Assembly: GCA_965277925.1 (NCBI GenBank)
Contig: OZ255850.1
Coordinates: 2,855,030 to 2,919,029 of the forward strand
From: Granulicella sp.
Lineage (GTDB): Bacteria; Acidobacteriota; Terriglobia; Terriglobales; Acidobacteriaceae
Reading direction: 5' to 3'
DNA length: 64,000 nt
The position numbers and the translations under genes are program-made. Shown in pieces: positions 24,398-33,794 of the stretch; within the stretch, counting starts at the first letter, position 1; each line of letters opens with the position of its first letter. The notes beneath the pieces were generated by a model, which worked only from the letters and a program-made list of their open reading frames with translations, ran no database searches and was not told the DNA's origin.

Positions 24398-26550
24398 GCT
24401 TTGGCCCTCCACAGCATGAGAATCGCGAGCACGATGAGGCCAAGGGCGATCATCTGCAGATAACCCTGGACGCGGCCGCCTTGCAGCAGCGAGAGGACCT
24501 TGCCGCCACGCGATACGGTCTCGCAGCCCTCGTCGAAACCGGCGTTCACCACATGGGTGTCGAAGAAGTTGTCGAGCCCCGCCAGGCCCAGCACGAGATA
24601 CGAGAAGGTCTGCACGACGCCATTCCATACCCAACGGTCGAGCCACGCGCAGAGGCGCGCCAATAACGCATTCAACCGAAGGATAGTAGCGCCATACAAG
24701 CGATCGATGAAGAACGCGTGCTCAAGAACCCGGAAGGAATGTGGCTGTATCTGTTCCAGCGCGTCGGGAGCTTCGGCGCTCTCGATCGGCTTGCGGCCAT
24801 AGAGCCACCAGCCCAGCCCGAGTCCCACAAAGACGAGGCACGACGAGGCGATCATCAGCGCATAGACGCCGGAGAACGCCGCGAGGTTGAAGGTCGCATG
24901 CTCGCCGCCGAGGAAAGATTGCAGCCACGGCCAGGAGGGCGCGCCGAGCAGCCCGAGGAACAAGGTAAACGCCGCGAGGATCATCAGCGGTATGGTCATG
25001 ACCGCAGGGCTCTCATGCGGCATGCAATGTGGGTCGGGGGCGTGTGCAGTGTGAGCGGAGGTTTCGCTCCGAACCGCGGCACGCGACTGTCCGGCGAACA
25101 TATAGCAGACCTGCCGGGTCATGTAGAACGCGGTGAGCAGCGCACCGATCGCGCCGAAATAAAACGGCGTGCGCGAGACACTCCACGCAAACGCCGCATG
25201 CAGAATCTCGTCCTTGCTCCAGAAGCCGGAGAAGAACAGTGGAAAGCCGCAGAGTGCAAGCATCCCGGCTGCATACGTGGCGAAGGTGATCGGCATAAAG
25301 CGGCGCAGGCCGCCCATGCGGCGGATGTCCTGCTCGCCCGAGCAGCCATGAATGACCGAGCCCGCGCCTAGGAACAGCAGTGACTTGAAGAACGCGTGGG
25401 TGATGAGATGAAACATGCCCACGGCCACGCCGCCCACGCCGAGGCCCATCATCATGTAACCGAGTTGCGAGACAGTAGAGTACGCGAGGATGCGCTTGAT
25501 GTCATACTGCGCGACCGCAATGAGTGCACCGAAGAGCGCGGTGATCGCGCCGATCCAGGTGACAACTTGCAGCGCAACGGTGGGTGTAAGCGCGTGGACC
25601 GATGCAGCGCGAAGCGTGGCCATGGGCGCACTCAGAAGAGGCGCATGAGCACTCATGATCGGCGCGTGCGCGCTCATGATCGGAAAAATTCGCGCAATGA
25701 GAAATACGCCCGCGGCGACCATCGTCGCCGCATGGATCAGCGCGCTCACCGGAGTCGGGCCTTCCATTGCGTCGGGCAGCCAGACGTGCAGCGGAACCTG
25801 TCCAGACTTGCCCGCCGCTCCGCAGAAGATCAACAGCCCGATTCCGGTGGAGACCGTCAGGCCGAAGATGGTCGTATGGGTGACGAAAGCGGTCAGCGCG
25901 GTGTGCTCGAGACAGCCCACGCCGTTGTCGTAGAACAGCAGCGTATTGGTCTGCGCGTAGAGCCACGCCATACCGAGAAAGAAGCCAAGATCGCCGATGC
26001 GCGTGACGATAAAAGCCTTTTTGGCCGCCGCCGCTGCGCTAGGTTTGGCATACCAGAAGCCGATGAGCAGATAGGACGTGAGACCCACCACCTCCCAGCA
26101 CATGAACAGCAGCAGCAGGCTGTTGGAGACGACGACGCCCAGCATCGCGCCGGCGAAGAGCGCGAGGAAGCAAAAGAAGCGCGTGAAGTTTTCGTCCTCC
26201 GCCATGTAGCCGACGCTGTAGATGAAGATCAGCAGGCTGACGAAGGTGACCATCAACAGCATCACGGCGGTGAGCGGGTCGAGGATCCAGCCGAGCCGGA
26301 GCCATTGAGTGCCGAACTGCAGCCAGTTGAAGTTGAAGACCTGCCCGACATCCGCGCCGTGGCCAAGCAGAAGCACGTGCGCAAAGGCGCAAACCGATAG
26401 AACGAAAGAAACCGCCATGGAGCCGATAGCGAGCGAAGCGGCCAGTGCGCGGCGCCGCTGCTTCGCCACCGCGATGATTCCTCCGGCGAGGATTGGCAGC
26501 GCGGGCACAAGCCAAAGATTTCGAACGATCCAATCCATCGGGGCGGCCAT
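24394..26550 (-). CDS. nuoL: Complex I subunit L with an extended lateral helix (718 aa)
   Basis: WEVVGLTSYLLIGFW, GKSGQVPLHVWLPDAMEGPTPVSALIHAATMV, HAFFKSLLFLGAG, WSKDEIL. Confidence 0.97.
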   Translation of the reverse strand: MAAPMDWIVRNLWLVPALPILAGGIIAVAKQRRRALAASLAIGSMAVSFVLSVCAFAHVLLLGHGADVGQVFNFNWLQFGTQWLRLGWILDPLTAVMLLMVTFVSLLIFIYSVGYMAEDENFTRFFCFLALFAGAMLGVVVSNSLLLLFMCWEVVGLTSYLLIGFWYAKPSAAAAAKKAFIVTRIGDLGFFLGMAWLYAQTNTLLFYDNGVGCLEHTALTAFVTHTTIFGLTVSTGIGLLIFCGAAGKSGQVPLHVWLPDAMEGPTPVSALIHAATMVAAGVFLIARIFPIMSAHAPIMSAHAPLLSAPMATLRAASVHALTPTVALQVVTWIGAITALFGALIAVAQYDIKRILAYSTVSQLGYMMMGLGVGGVAVGMFHLITHAFFKSLLFLGAGSVIHGCSGEQDIRRMGGLRRFMPITFATYAAGMLALCGFPLFFSGFWSKDEILHAAFAWSVSRTPFYFGAIGALLTAFYMTRQVCYMFAGQSRAAVRSETSAHTAHAPDPHCMPHESPAVMTIPLMILAAFTLFLGLLGAPSWPWLQSFLGGEHATFNLAAFSGVYALMIASSCLVFVGLGLGWWLYGRKPIESAEAPDALEQIQPHSFRVLEHAFFIDRLYGATILRLNALLARLCAWLDRWVWNGVVQTFSYLVLGLAGLDNFFDTHVVNAGFDEGCETVSRGGKVLSLLQGGRVQGYLQMIALGLIVLAILMLWRAKA

Positions 26551-26565
26551 CGGGTCCTTAATCGT

Positions 26566-26886
26566 TCAGCCTTTCATCGAGTTCATCTGGTCCAGGTCCG
26601 TTGTCTTGGAATGGCGGTAAACGGCGAGGATAATGCCCAGACCGACGGCGGCCTCCGCAGCGGCAACGCTGATGGAAAAAATCGTGAACATGATCCCAGT
26701 CAATGCAGCGGGATCGGGCCCATAACGCCAAAACGCGATCAGGTTGAGATTGGCGGCATTGAGCATCAGTTCAATGCCGATCAACACGAGAATGGCATTG
26801 CGCCGCACCAGCGCGCCAGCGAGGCCGATGCAGAAGAGAAACGCGGAAACGAGCAGATAGCCGTTCAATGCGTTCGCAGCGCTCAT
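26566..26886 (-). CDS. nuoK: Complex I subunit K
   Basis: LIGIELMLNAANLN, AAAEAAVGLGI. Confidence 0.96.
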   Translation of the reverse strand: MSAANALNGYLLVSAFLFCIGLAGALVRRNAILVLIGIELMLNAANLNLIAFWRYGPDPAALTGIMFTIFSISVAAAEAAVGLGIILAVYRHSKTTDLDQMNSMKG

Positions 26887-27407
26887 GGCGTCTCCCTTTT
26901 TTTGGGCATCACGTCGGGCATGGCAAGGATGACCGCGCCAATCAGCGCAGCGGTAAGGAGCAGACCCATGATCTCGAGCGGCAGAACGAACTGGTGCATC
27001 AGCGCGTTGCCGATCTGAGCCACCGAGACCTCGGGCCGCAGAGGAGAAACCTGTGTCGTCGCGCCCCTAGAACAGATCGCATACGCGAGAACCCCAAACA
27101 GCGCAGCAGCGACGAAGCAGCCCATGACCCATGAGGCGGAGAGGACTGGCTGCGCGCGCCCGCTCGGATGCGGTTCCGCGCTGCGTGTCATCATGATGGC
27201 GAAGACCGCGAGGATCGCTACGGCACCGACGTAGACCAGAATCTGCGTGAAGCCGACAAACTGCGCGCTCAGTTCAAGAAAAAGAGAGGCCAGCCCGACC
27301 AGCCCAAGCGTCAGCGCAAGGATGCAGTGAATCGGATTGCGCAGCGCCATCGCGGCCGCTGTTCCGGCAATCGTGAGCGCGGCCAGAATGAGGAAGAGAA
27401 CGGTCAT
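26883..27407 (-). CDS. nuoJ: Complex I subunit J
   Basis: QILVYVGAVAILAVFAIMM, FVLPLEIMGLLLTAALIGAVILA. Confidence 0.95.
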   Translation of the reverse strand: MTVLFLILAALTIAGTAAAMALRNPIHCILALTLGLVGLASLFLELSAQFVGFTQILVYVGAVAILAVFAIMMTRSAEPHPSGRAQPVLSASWVMGCFVAAALFGVLAYAICSRGATTQVSPLRPEVSVAQIGNALMHQFVLPLEIMGLLLTAALIGAVILAMPDVMPKKRETP

Positions 27408-27439
27408 CGCGAACTTCTATAGCCCTTCCCGGAAGATAG

Positions 27440-28630
27440 TTATTCGGCGAAACGATACGTCCGGACCTGAAGCTTCTTGCCCTGCTTCAGGCCGCGGCTG
27501 AGCAGGACGCACGGTGCGACGAGCACCGCGGAGCAAATGACCCAGCGCACGATACCCGCCGGCAGAAAATGCCACAGACCGGCGGTAAAGATGTTCAGCA
27601 GCGTCATCGGCAGCATGAACTTCCATGCCAGACCCATCAGCTGGTCCATGCGCAGACGCGGAAACGTTCCACGCACCCAGATGAAGCAGCCGATAATAAC
27701 CAGCAGTTTAATGAAGAACCATATATACGAAGGTATCCACGTCAGGAAAGAAAACGGCGCGGCCCAGCCGCCGAGAAACAGCGTGATCGCAAGCCCGCTG
27801 GTCGCGAACATGCCCAGATATTCGCCCAGGAAGAAGAGCGCAAACTTGAAGCCGGAGTATTCAATGTAGTAGCCGGCGATAATCTCCGACTCCCCTTCCG
27901 GCAAATCGAACGGCGAGCGATTGGATTCCGCCGTAGCGGCGATCATGAAGAGCACAAACCCGGTGAATCCCCACGGCGTAAACACGAACCAGTGCGGCCA
28001 GATCCACGTATAGCCGGCCTGCGCATTCACGATTTCGACCATCGAGAGCGAGCCCGCCGCCATAATCACGACGATCGACGCGAGTACCAGCGGAACTTCG
28101 TAGCTGATCATCTGCGCGACCGCTCGCATGGCGCCCAGCAGCGAGTACTTGCTGCGGCTCGACCAGCCCGCCATGAATACAGCGAGCTCGACCACCGAGC
28201 CGACAGCGAAGAAGAACAGCACGCCTGCGTTCAGGTTCGCGATCACCATGTTTCGGCCGATGGGCAGCACCGCATACGCCATAAAGGCCGCCAGCACCAG
28301 CAGCAGCGGCGCCATGTAATGCACAGCCTGGTCGGCGCTGCGCGGGACCACATCTTCCTTGGTGAGCGACTTGATGCCGTCTGCGATCGGCTGCCCGAAG
28401 CCATAGGGGCCGACCCGATTCGGCCCGTAGCGGTTTTGAATGCGACCGAGACCCTTGCGCTCCAGCACCGTCGTGATCGCGAACAGCAACGGGAACACAA
28501 TCAGCACGGGAACTACGGACAGAATCGCCGAGACGATCGGCTGAGCCGCGCCCGGCACATAGCCAAGCAGCCAGTGCTTCGTGATCACGAATATCTGATC
28601 GATCGTCTGGGATGTCGTGGCGGGCGTCAT
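27440..28630 (-). CDS. nuoH: Complex I subunit H
   Basis: ERKGLGRIQNRYGPNR, ADGIKSLTKE, AESNRSPFDLPEGESE, PRLRMDQLM. Confidence 0.97.
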   Translation of the reverse strand: MTPATTSQTIDQIFVITKHWLLGYVPGAAQPIVSAILSVVPVLIVFPLLFAITTVLERKGLGRIQNRYGPNRVGPYGFGQPIADGIKSLTKEDVVPRSADQAVHYMAPLLLVLAAFMAYAVLPIGRNMVIANLNAGVLFFFAVGSVVELAVFMAGWSSRSKYSLLGAMRAVAQMISYEVPLVLASIVVIMAAGSLSMVEIVNAQAGYTWIWPHWFVFTPWGFTGFVLFMIAATAESNRSPFDLPEGESEIIAGYYIEYSGFKFALFFLGEYLGMFATSGLAITLFLGGWAAPFSFLTWIPSYIWFFIKLLVIIGCFIWVRGTFPRLRMDQLMGLAWKFMLPMTLLNIFTAGLWHFLPAGIVRWVICSAVLVAPCVLLSRGLKQGKKLQVRTYRFAE

Positions 28631-29238
28631 CTTTCGGGCACGAGCTCCCTTGCTTCTTTTGCGGGAGTCGAAGGCGCGGCGGCGGATGCGGCGGGTGCAG
28701 CCTTGGGTGCCCCCGCCTTAGCTCGAGCCGCCGCCAATTCCGCATCTACGGCAGCGGCCTCCGTCGGGTGGATCTCGTGGTAGTACTCGTTGGACTTCGC
28801 CAGCCTATGCTTGTTCCACAGCAGCTCGTTGAACCGGCTGGTGCTGCTCTGCTCGAAGTCCACGTCCATTTTGATCGCGTCGAACGGGCACACCTCGACG
28901 CAAATCTGACAGCTCATGCAAACGGATACATCGATGTTGAATCTGGCAGGGTAAAACTGCGGTTTGCCGACAGCGTCAGGCTTCTTGTCTGTGCTCTTCT
29001 CGATGAAGATGCACTTGGGCGGGCACTCTTTTTCGCAAATCAGGCAGGAGACGCAGCGTAGGCCCTCCTGCGGGTTTATCCCGTCATACACCAGGAACGG
29101 AAAGTTGCGCGAGGCCTCGATGCGCGGCGCTCGCTCTTCCGGGAACTGCACCGTGGTCAGCCGGTCCTTGCTGACATAGCTGCCCACAAAATTTCGAGCC
29201 GTCTCCGCCAAGCCCTTCAGAATCCCAGCACCAAACAT
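28627..29238 (-). CDS. nuoI: Complex I subunit I (2x[4Fe-4S])
   Basis: CVSCLICEKECP and CMSCQICVEVCP; lies upstream of nuoH. Confidence 0.93.
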   Translation of the reverse strand: MFGAGILKGLAETARNFVGSYVSKDRLTTVQFPEERAPRIEASRNFPFLVYDGINPQEGLRCVSCLICEKECPPKCIFIEKSTDKKPDAVGKPQFYPARFNIDVSVCMSCQICVEVCPFDAIKMDVDFEQSSTSRFNELLWNKHRLAKSNEYYHEIHPTEAAAVDAELAAARAKAGAPKAAPAASAAAPSTPAKEARELVPER

Positions 29239-29310
29239 CGATCTCTCTTCCCCACGGTGAAAAATCGCTTCCACACAGTCAATTTCACTGTAACGCATTT
29301 TGCGCTTGGC

Positions 29311-30510
29311 CTACCGGTCGACCTCGCCCATGACGATGTCGATACTCCCCAGAATGATCACAACGTCGGCCACGTTCTGGCCCAGGCACATGTCCTCAAG
29401 AACGGTCAGGTTAATCAAACTGGGCGGCCGCACCCGATAGCGATACGGGTTCGGCGATCCATCGCTGATGAGGTAAAAGCCGAGCTCGCCCTTGGGCGCC
29501 TCGATGCGTCCGTAAGCCTCGCCCGGCTTGGGCCGAAAGTTGCGCACCTTGGTCTTGGGGTCGGTGAACGGCCCCTCGGGAAGGTCGCGCATCGCCTGCT
29601 GCAAAATCTTCACCGACTCGCGCATCTCCAGCAGCCGGATCATGTAGCGGTCGTAGACGTCGCCGTGGTCGCCGAGCGGAATACGGAAACTGAAGCGATC
29701 ATAGATGCCGTACTTGTCCACCTTGCGCAGGTCGTAATCCACACCACAGGCCCGCAGCATCGGCCCGGTAATGCCCGCGTTGATCGCCAGCTCTTTCGAC
29801 AGCACGCCCACGCCCTGCGTCCGCGCCATCAGGATTTCGTTGCTGGTCAGCAGGCTTTCAAACTCATCCAGAAAGCGCGGGAATGCATCGACAACCTGCT
29901 GGGCCTGCGCGAGCCAGCCCGCGGGCAGGTCGACGCGGCAGCCGCCGAAGCGCATGTAATTGCACATCATCCGCGCGCCGGTGAGCGACTCGAACAGATC
30001 GAGAATTTTTTCGCGCTCGCGGAAGGCGTACATCAGCGGCGTACCGCTGGCGCCCATGTCCTGCATCAGAAAACCAACGAGGCTGGCGTGGTTCTGCAGC
30101 CGCGTCAACTCGCCCGTGATGACGCGCAGATACTCGGCGCGCTCCGGAACCTGAATGCCCGCCAGCTTCTCGACCGCCAGCGCATACGCCCAGTTATTGG
30201 TGATCGAGCAGAAATAATCCAGCCGGTCCGTGTAAGGCATTGACCCCAGATAGGTTTCATCTTCGGCGATCTTTTCGTGATTGCGGTGCAGATAGCCGAA
30301 GATCGGCTTGAGCTTCACCACGCGCTCGCCATCCAGCGCCACATCCATCCGAAACACGCCGTGCGTCGACGGATGCTGCGGGCCCATGGAGACTTCGAGC
30401 AACTGCGTTGTGCTATCCACCTTTGGAATGCGTGAGATGCGTCCGGATGGTGACGTCGCGGGCGCGGTGGTTTCCAGCTCAAAATCCGGCGATTCTTCTG
30501 TGGTCATCAT
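29311..30510 (-). CDS. nuoD: Complex I subunit D
   Basis: [46 protein letters not shown]. Confidence 0.97.
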   Translation of the reverse strand: MMTTEESPDFELETTAPATSPSGRISRIPKVDSTTQLLEVSMGPQHPSTHGVFRMDVALDGERVVKLKPIFGYLHRNHEKIAEDETYLGSMPYTDRLDYFCSITNNWAYALAVEKLAGIQVPERAEYLRVITGELTRLQNHASLVGFLMQDMGASGTPLMYAFREREKILDLFESLTGARMMCNYMRFGGCRVDLPAGWLAQAQQVVDAFPRFLDEFESLLTSNEILMARTQGVGVLSKELAINAGITGPMLRACGVDYDLRKVDKYGIYDRFSFRIPLGDHGDVYDRYMIRLLEMRESVKILQQAMRDLPEGPFTDPKTKVRNFRPKPGEAYGRIEAPKGELGFYLISDGSPNPYRYRVRPPSLINLTVLEDMCLGQNVADVVIILGSIDIVMGEVDR

Positions 30511-31148
30511 GTGGTTTTATCGTGGTGCTGTATGGTTTTTGCGAGCACCTCGTCGTGCGCGGTCGGCTCATATTCATAGTCGTCCGGCTCGACGTAATCC
30601 CGGCGCATTGGGTAGTCCACGAACCCCTCCCACATCAGCAGGCGGCGCAGGTCGGGGTGACCATCGAAGACGATGCCGTAGAGGTCGAAGATCTCGCGCT
30701 CCTGAAAATCGGCGCTGCGCCACAGCGGCGTCAGCGACGGCAGATGAACGCGCGCAGCGCGGTCCTCGGTGCGCATGCGCAGAATGACGGGCCCATGTTT
30801 CTTGCTCATGGAGTAGAGATGGTAAACGGTTTCAAGATAGCCGCCCGTCACAGACTTGCGAACTTCGTCCACTTCCTTCTCGACCGGCACACCATCGGGC
30901 CCGTCGATCAACTTCTTGACCTTTACCTTTTCGGAGACGTCCTTCAGCGGCCAGTCGATGCCCGTCACGTTCGAGCAGTAGTCGAAGCGGAGATGCGGAG
31001 CGGCGCGCAGAAACTGCGCCACCGCGAATCCGTGTTCCGGGTCCATCAGCAGCGAGTGCTGGCCTGAAGGGCTGGGATTGGCGACCATCTCCAGGCGGCA
31101 GCCGGGGACGTTCGCTTCGATCTCGGCCTTAAGCGGCTCCAGTGTCAT
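30507..31148 (-). CDS. nuoC: Complex I subunit C
   Basis: [47 protein letters not shown]. Confidence 0.95.
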   Translation of the reverse strand: MTLEPLKAEIEANVPGCRLEMVANPSPSGQHSLLMDPEHGFAVAQFLRAAPHLRFDYCSNVTGIDWPLKDVSEKVKVKKLIDGPDGVPVEKEVDEVRKSVTGGYLETVYHLYSMSKKHGPVILRMRTEDRAARVHLPSLTPLWRSADFQEREIFDLYGIVFDGHPDLRRLLMWEGFVDYPMRRDYVEPDDYEYEPTAHDEVLAKTIQHHDKTT

Positions 31149-31791
31149 CCGTGCCTGCCAGCGTGATATTGACTAACGGATCGTCGCCCAACGGGGGGTG
31201 CCATATTGCGGGGTTCTGCGGCGGCTCCAGATCGTGCGCGCCAAACTTCGGCACCAGGAACTCGCTTGGCTCGGCGGCGTTCAAGTGGCGCGGCCGTTCG
31301 CTTCCGGTGAGCTGCTGCTCGTCGATCTTCTTCTGCAGCGCCATGAAGCCGTCGATCAGCGCCTCGGGCCGCGGAGGACAGCCGGGAATATAGATGTCCA
31401 CAGGAATGTAGCGGTCGATACCCTTGAGCACGTTATAGCCCTGCTTGAATGGGCCGCCGGAGATGGCGCAAGCGCCCATCGAGATCACGTATTTCGGCTC
31501 CGGCATCTGATTATAAAGCCGCACCACCTGCGGCGCCATCTTTTTGGTAATTGTTCCGGCGACGATCATCAGATCGGCCTGCCGTGGCGATGGCCGGAAG
31601 ACCTCCGCGCCGAACCTGGCAAGGTCATAGCGCGCCATGGTCGTGGCAATCATCTCGATCGCACAGCACGCCAGCCCGAAGTTCAGCGGCCACAGCGAAC
31701 TCCTGCGGCCCCAGTTATAGAGCTCTTGCAGGCTCGTAGCGACGATCCCCTGCTTGCTCAGCTCGGCCTTCAGCGCTTCATCCATTCCCAA
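31129..31791 (-). CDS. nuoB: Complex I subunit B
   Basis: [34 protein letters not shown]. Confidence 0.97.
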   Translation of the reverse strand: MGMDEALKAELSKQGIVATSLQELYNWGRRSSLWPLNFGLACCAIEMIATTMARYDLARFGAEVFRPSPRQADLMIVAGTITKKMAPQVVRLYNQMPEPKYVISMGACAISGGPFKQGYNVLKGIDRYIPVDIYIPGCPPRPEALIDGFMALQKKIDEQQLTGSERPRHLNAAEPSEFLVPKFGAHDLEPPQNPAIWHPPLGDDPLVNITLAGTDDTGAA

Positions 31792-31862
31792 AAAGCCCTT
31801 AGCCTCAGCCTAACACTTCTCTGCAGGCGGCTGACTCGAGTGCCCCGTATCCTGTTGCAGTA

Positions 31863-32234
31863 TCAGGTCCAGGTCAGCACGTTCTTTTGGTACGCCCAAA
31901 CCAGCCCTTCGATCAGCAGCAGCAGAAAAACCAGCATGGCCAAGCATTCGCCTATGCCGAAGCCGCTGAACGACACCGCGAACGGCAGCAGAAATACGGC
32001 CTCCACATCGAAGACCAGAAAGATGATGGCATACAGGTAGTAACCCGGCTTGAACTGGATCCAGGCGTCGCCCGTTGTCTCCAGGCCGCACTCATAGACC
32101 GCATTCTTGTCGCGGCCGGGCTTCGCGGGCGAGTACTTCTTCGCCCACAGCCACGCCAGCGCCAGCGGCGCAACGGCGAACCCAGCCGCGCCCAGCAGCA
32201 GAACGAGAATCGGCAGATACGGACTGTTTCCCAT
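31863..32234 (-). CDS. nuoA: Complex I subunit A
   Basis: YECG, YYLYAIIFLVFDVEAVFLLP; ATG at 32234 preferred. Confidence 0.96.
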   Translation of the reverse strand: MGNSPYLPILVLLLGAAGFAVAPLALAWLWAKKYSPAKPGRDKNAVYECGLETTGDAWIQFKPGYYLYAIIFLVFDVEAVFLLPFAVSFSGFGIGECLAMLVFLLLLIEGLVWAYQKNVLTWT

Positions 32235-32353
32235 GGCCCTAGATTCCACCGTATCAGATTCCGCCCCACCGACGCGCCCGTTGCCACCCTTCTTCGCCGA
32301 ATGCTATCCTTCGCCCCTGAACGGAATACCTTCCCGTGGAGCCCCAAACCCCT

Positions 32354-33754
32354 ATGCAGACGAGCTACAACGGAATCCCTGTCCCCGCCAATGGCCAGCC
32401 CATCGAGTACAAGGACGGCAAGTACACAGTGCCCGACCACCCGATCATCCCCTTCATCGAGGGCGATGGCACAGGTCGCGACATCTGGCGCGCCTCGCAG
32501 CGGGTCTTCGACGCGGCGGTCGAAAAGGCCTACGACGGCAAGCGCTCTGTCGCATGGTATGAGGTCCTCGCCGGCGAAAAGTCCTACCGCAAATCGCAGG
32601 AGTGGCTGCCCGAGGACACCGTCAAGGCGACGGTCGACTTCCGCGTCTCCATCAAAGGCCCGCTGACCACGCCCGTAGGCGGCGGCATCCGCTCGCTCAA
32701 CGTCGCGCTGCGCCAGTTGATGGACCTCTACCAGTGCATCCGGCCGGTGAAGTATTACGCCGGCGTGCCCAGCCCGGTCAAGCACCCCGAACTCGTCGAC
32801 ATCGTCATCTTCCGGGAGAACACCGAGGACATCTACGCGGGCATCGAGTTCCGCGAAGGCACACCCGAGGCCGCGAAGTTCATCGCTTTCGTCAACGACG
32901 AGATGCTCAAGGGCACCAAGAAAAAGGTCCGCCTCGACTCCGGCGTCGGCGTCAAACCGATCTCGATCACCGGCTCCAAGCGGCTGGTGCGCGCGGCCAT
33001 CGCCTTCGCGCTGAAGGAAGGCCGCAAGACCGTAACGCTGGTGCATAAGGGCAACATCCAGAAGTTCACCGAGGGCGCCTTTCGCGAGTGGGGCTACGAG
33101 GTCGCTACCCAGGAATTCCGCGCCGACACCGTCACCGAGCGCGAGAGCTGGATCCTCGGCAACGTGGAGGCGAACCCTGGAATCACGCCTGAAGAAAACG
33201 CCGCGCTGATCGAGCCAGGCATCGAGTTTGCCGCCAAGGAGTTCGGCGAGAGCGTCGTACAGGAAGTGAAGGACGTCATCGCCAGCATCGGCCAGTCGCA
33301 CGGTGCGGGCAAATGGAAGCAGAAGATCCTCATCAACGACCGCATCGCCGATTCCATCTTCCAACAGATCATCATTCGCCCGTCGGACTACAGCGTGCTG
33401 GCGACAACCAACCTCAACGGCGACTACATATCGGACGCCGCAGCGGCGCAGGTCGGCGGCCTCGGCATCGCTCCGGGCGGCAATATCGGAGACGGCTTCG
33501 CGGTCTTCGAAGCCACGCACGGGACTGCTCCCAAATATGCGGACAAGGACGTCATCAATCCCGGCTCCGTCATGCTCTCCGGCGTGATGCTGTTCGACTT
33601 CATCGGCTGGAGCGAAGCCGCTCGGCTGATCGAGTCGTCGATGGAAAAGACCATCCAGCAGAAGTTCGTCACCTACGACTTCGAGCGTCAGATGCAGGGC
33701 GCGACCAAAGCGAAGACCAGCGAATTCGCCACTCGCATGATCGAAAATATGTGA
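32354..33754 (+). CDS. icd: Isocitrate dehydrogenase (NADP, homodimeric type)
   Basis: [65 protein letters not shown]. Confidence 0.97.
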   Translation: MQTSYNGIPVPANGQPIEYKDGKYTVPDHPIIPFIEGDGTGRDIWRASQRVFDAAVEKAYDGKRSVAWYEVLAGEKSYRKSQEWLPEDTVKATVDFRVSIKGPLTTPVGGGIRSLNVALRQLMDLYQCIRPVKYYAGVPSPVKHPELVDIVIFRENTEDIYAGIEFREGTPEAAKFIAFVNDEMLKGTKKKVRLDSGVGVKPISITGSKRLVRAAIAFALKEGRKTVTLVHKGNIQKFTEGAFREWGYEVATQEFRADTVTERESWILGNVEANPGITPEENAALIEPGIEFAAKEFGESVVQEVKDVIASIGQSHGAGKWKQKILINDRIADSIFQQIIIRPSDYSVLATTNLNGDYISDAAAAQVGGLGIAPGGNIGDGFAVFEATHGTAPKYADKDVINPGSVMLSGVMLFDFIGWSEAARLIESSMEKTIQQKFVTYDFERQMQGATKAKTSEFATRMIENM

Positions 33755-33794
33755 CGGCGCGCTCGCGATAGATCGATAGGTTGGCCGCGTTCGG

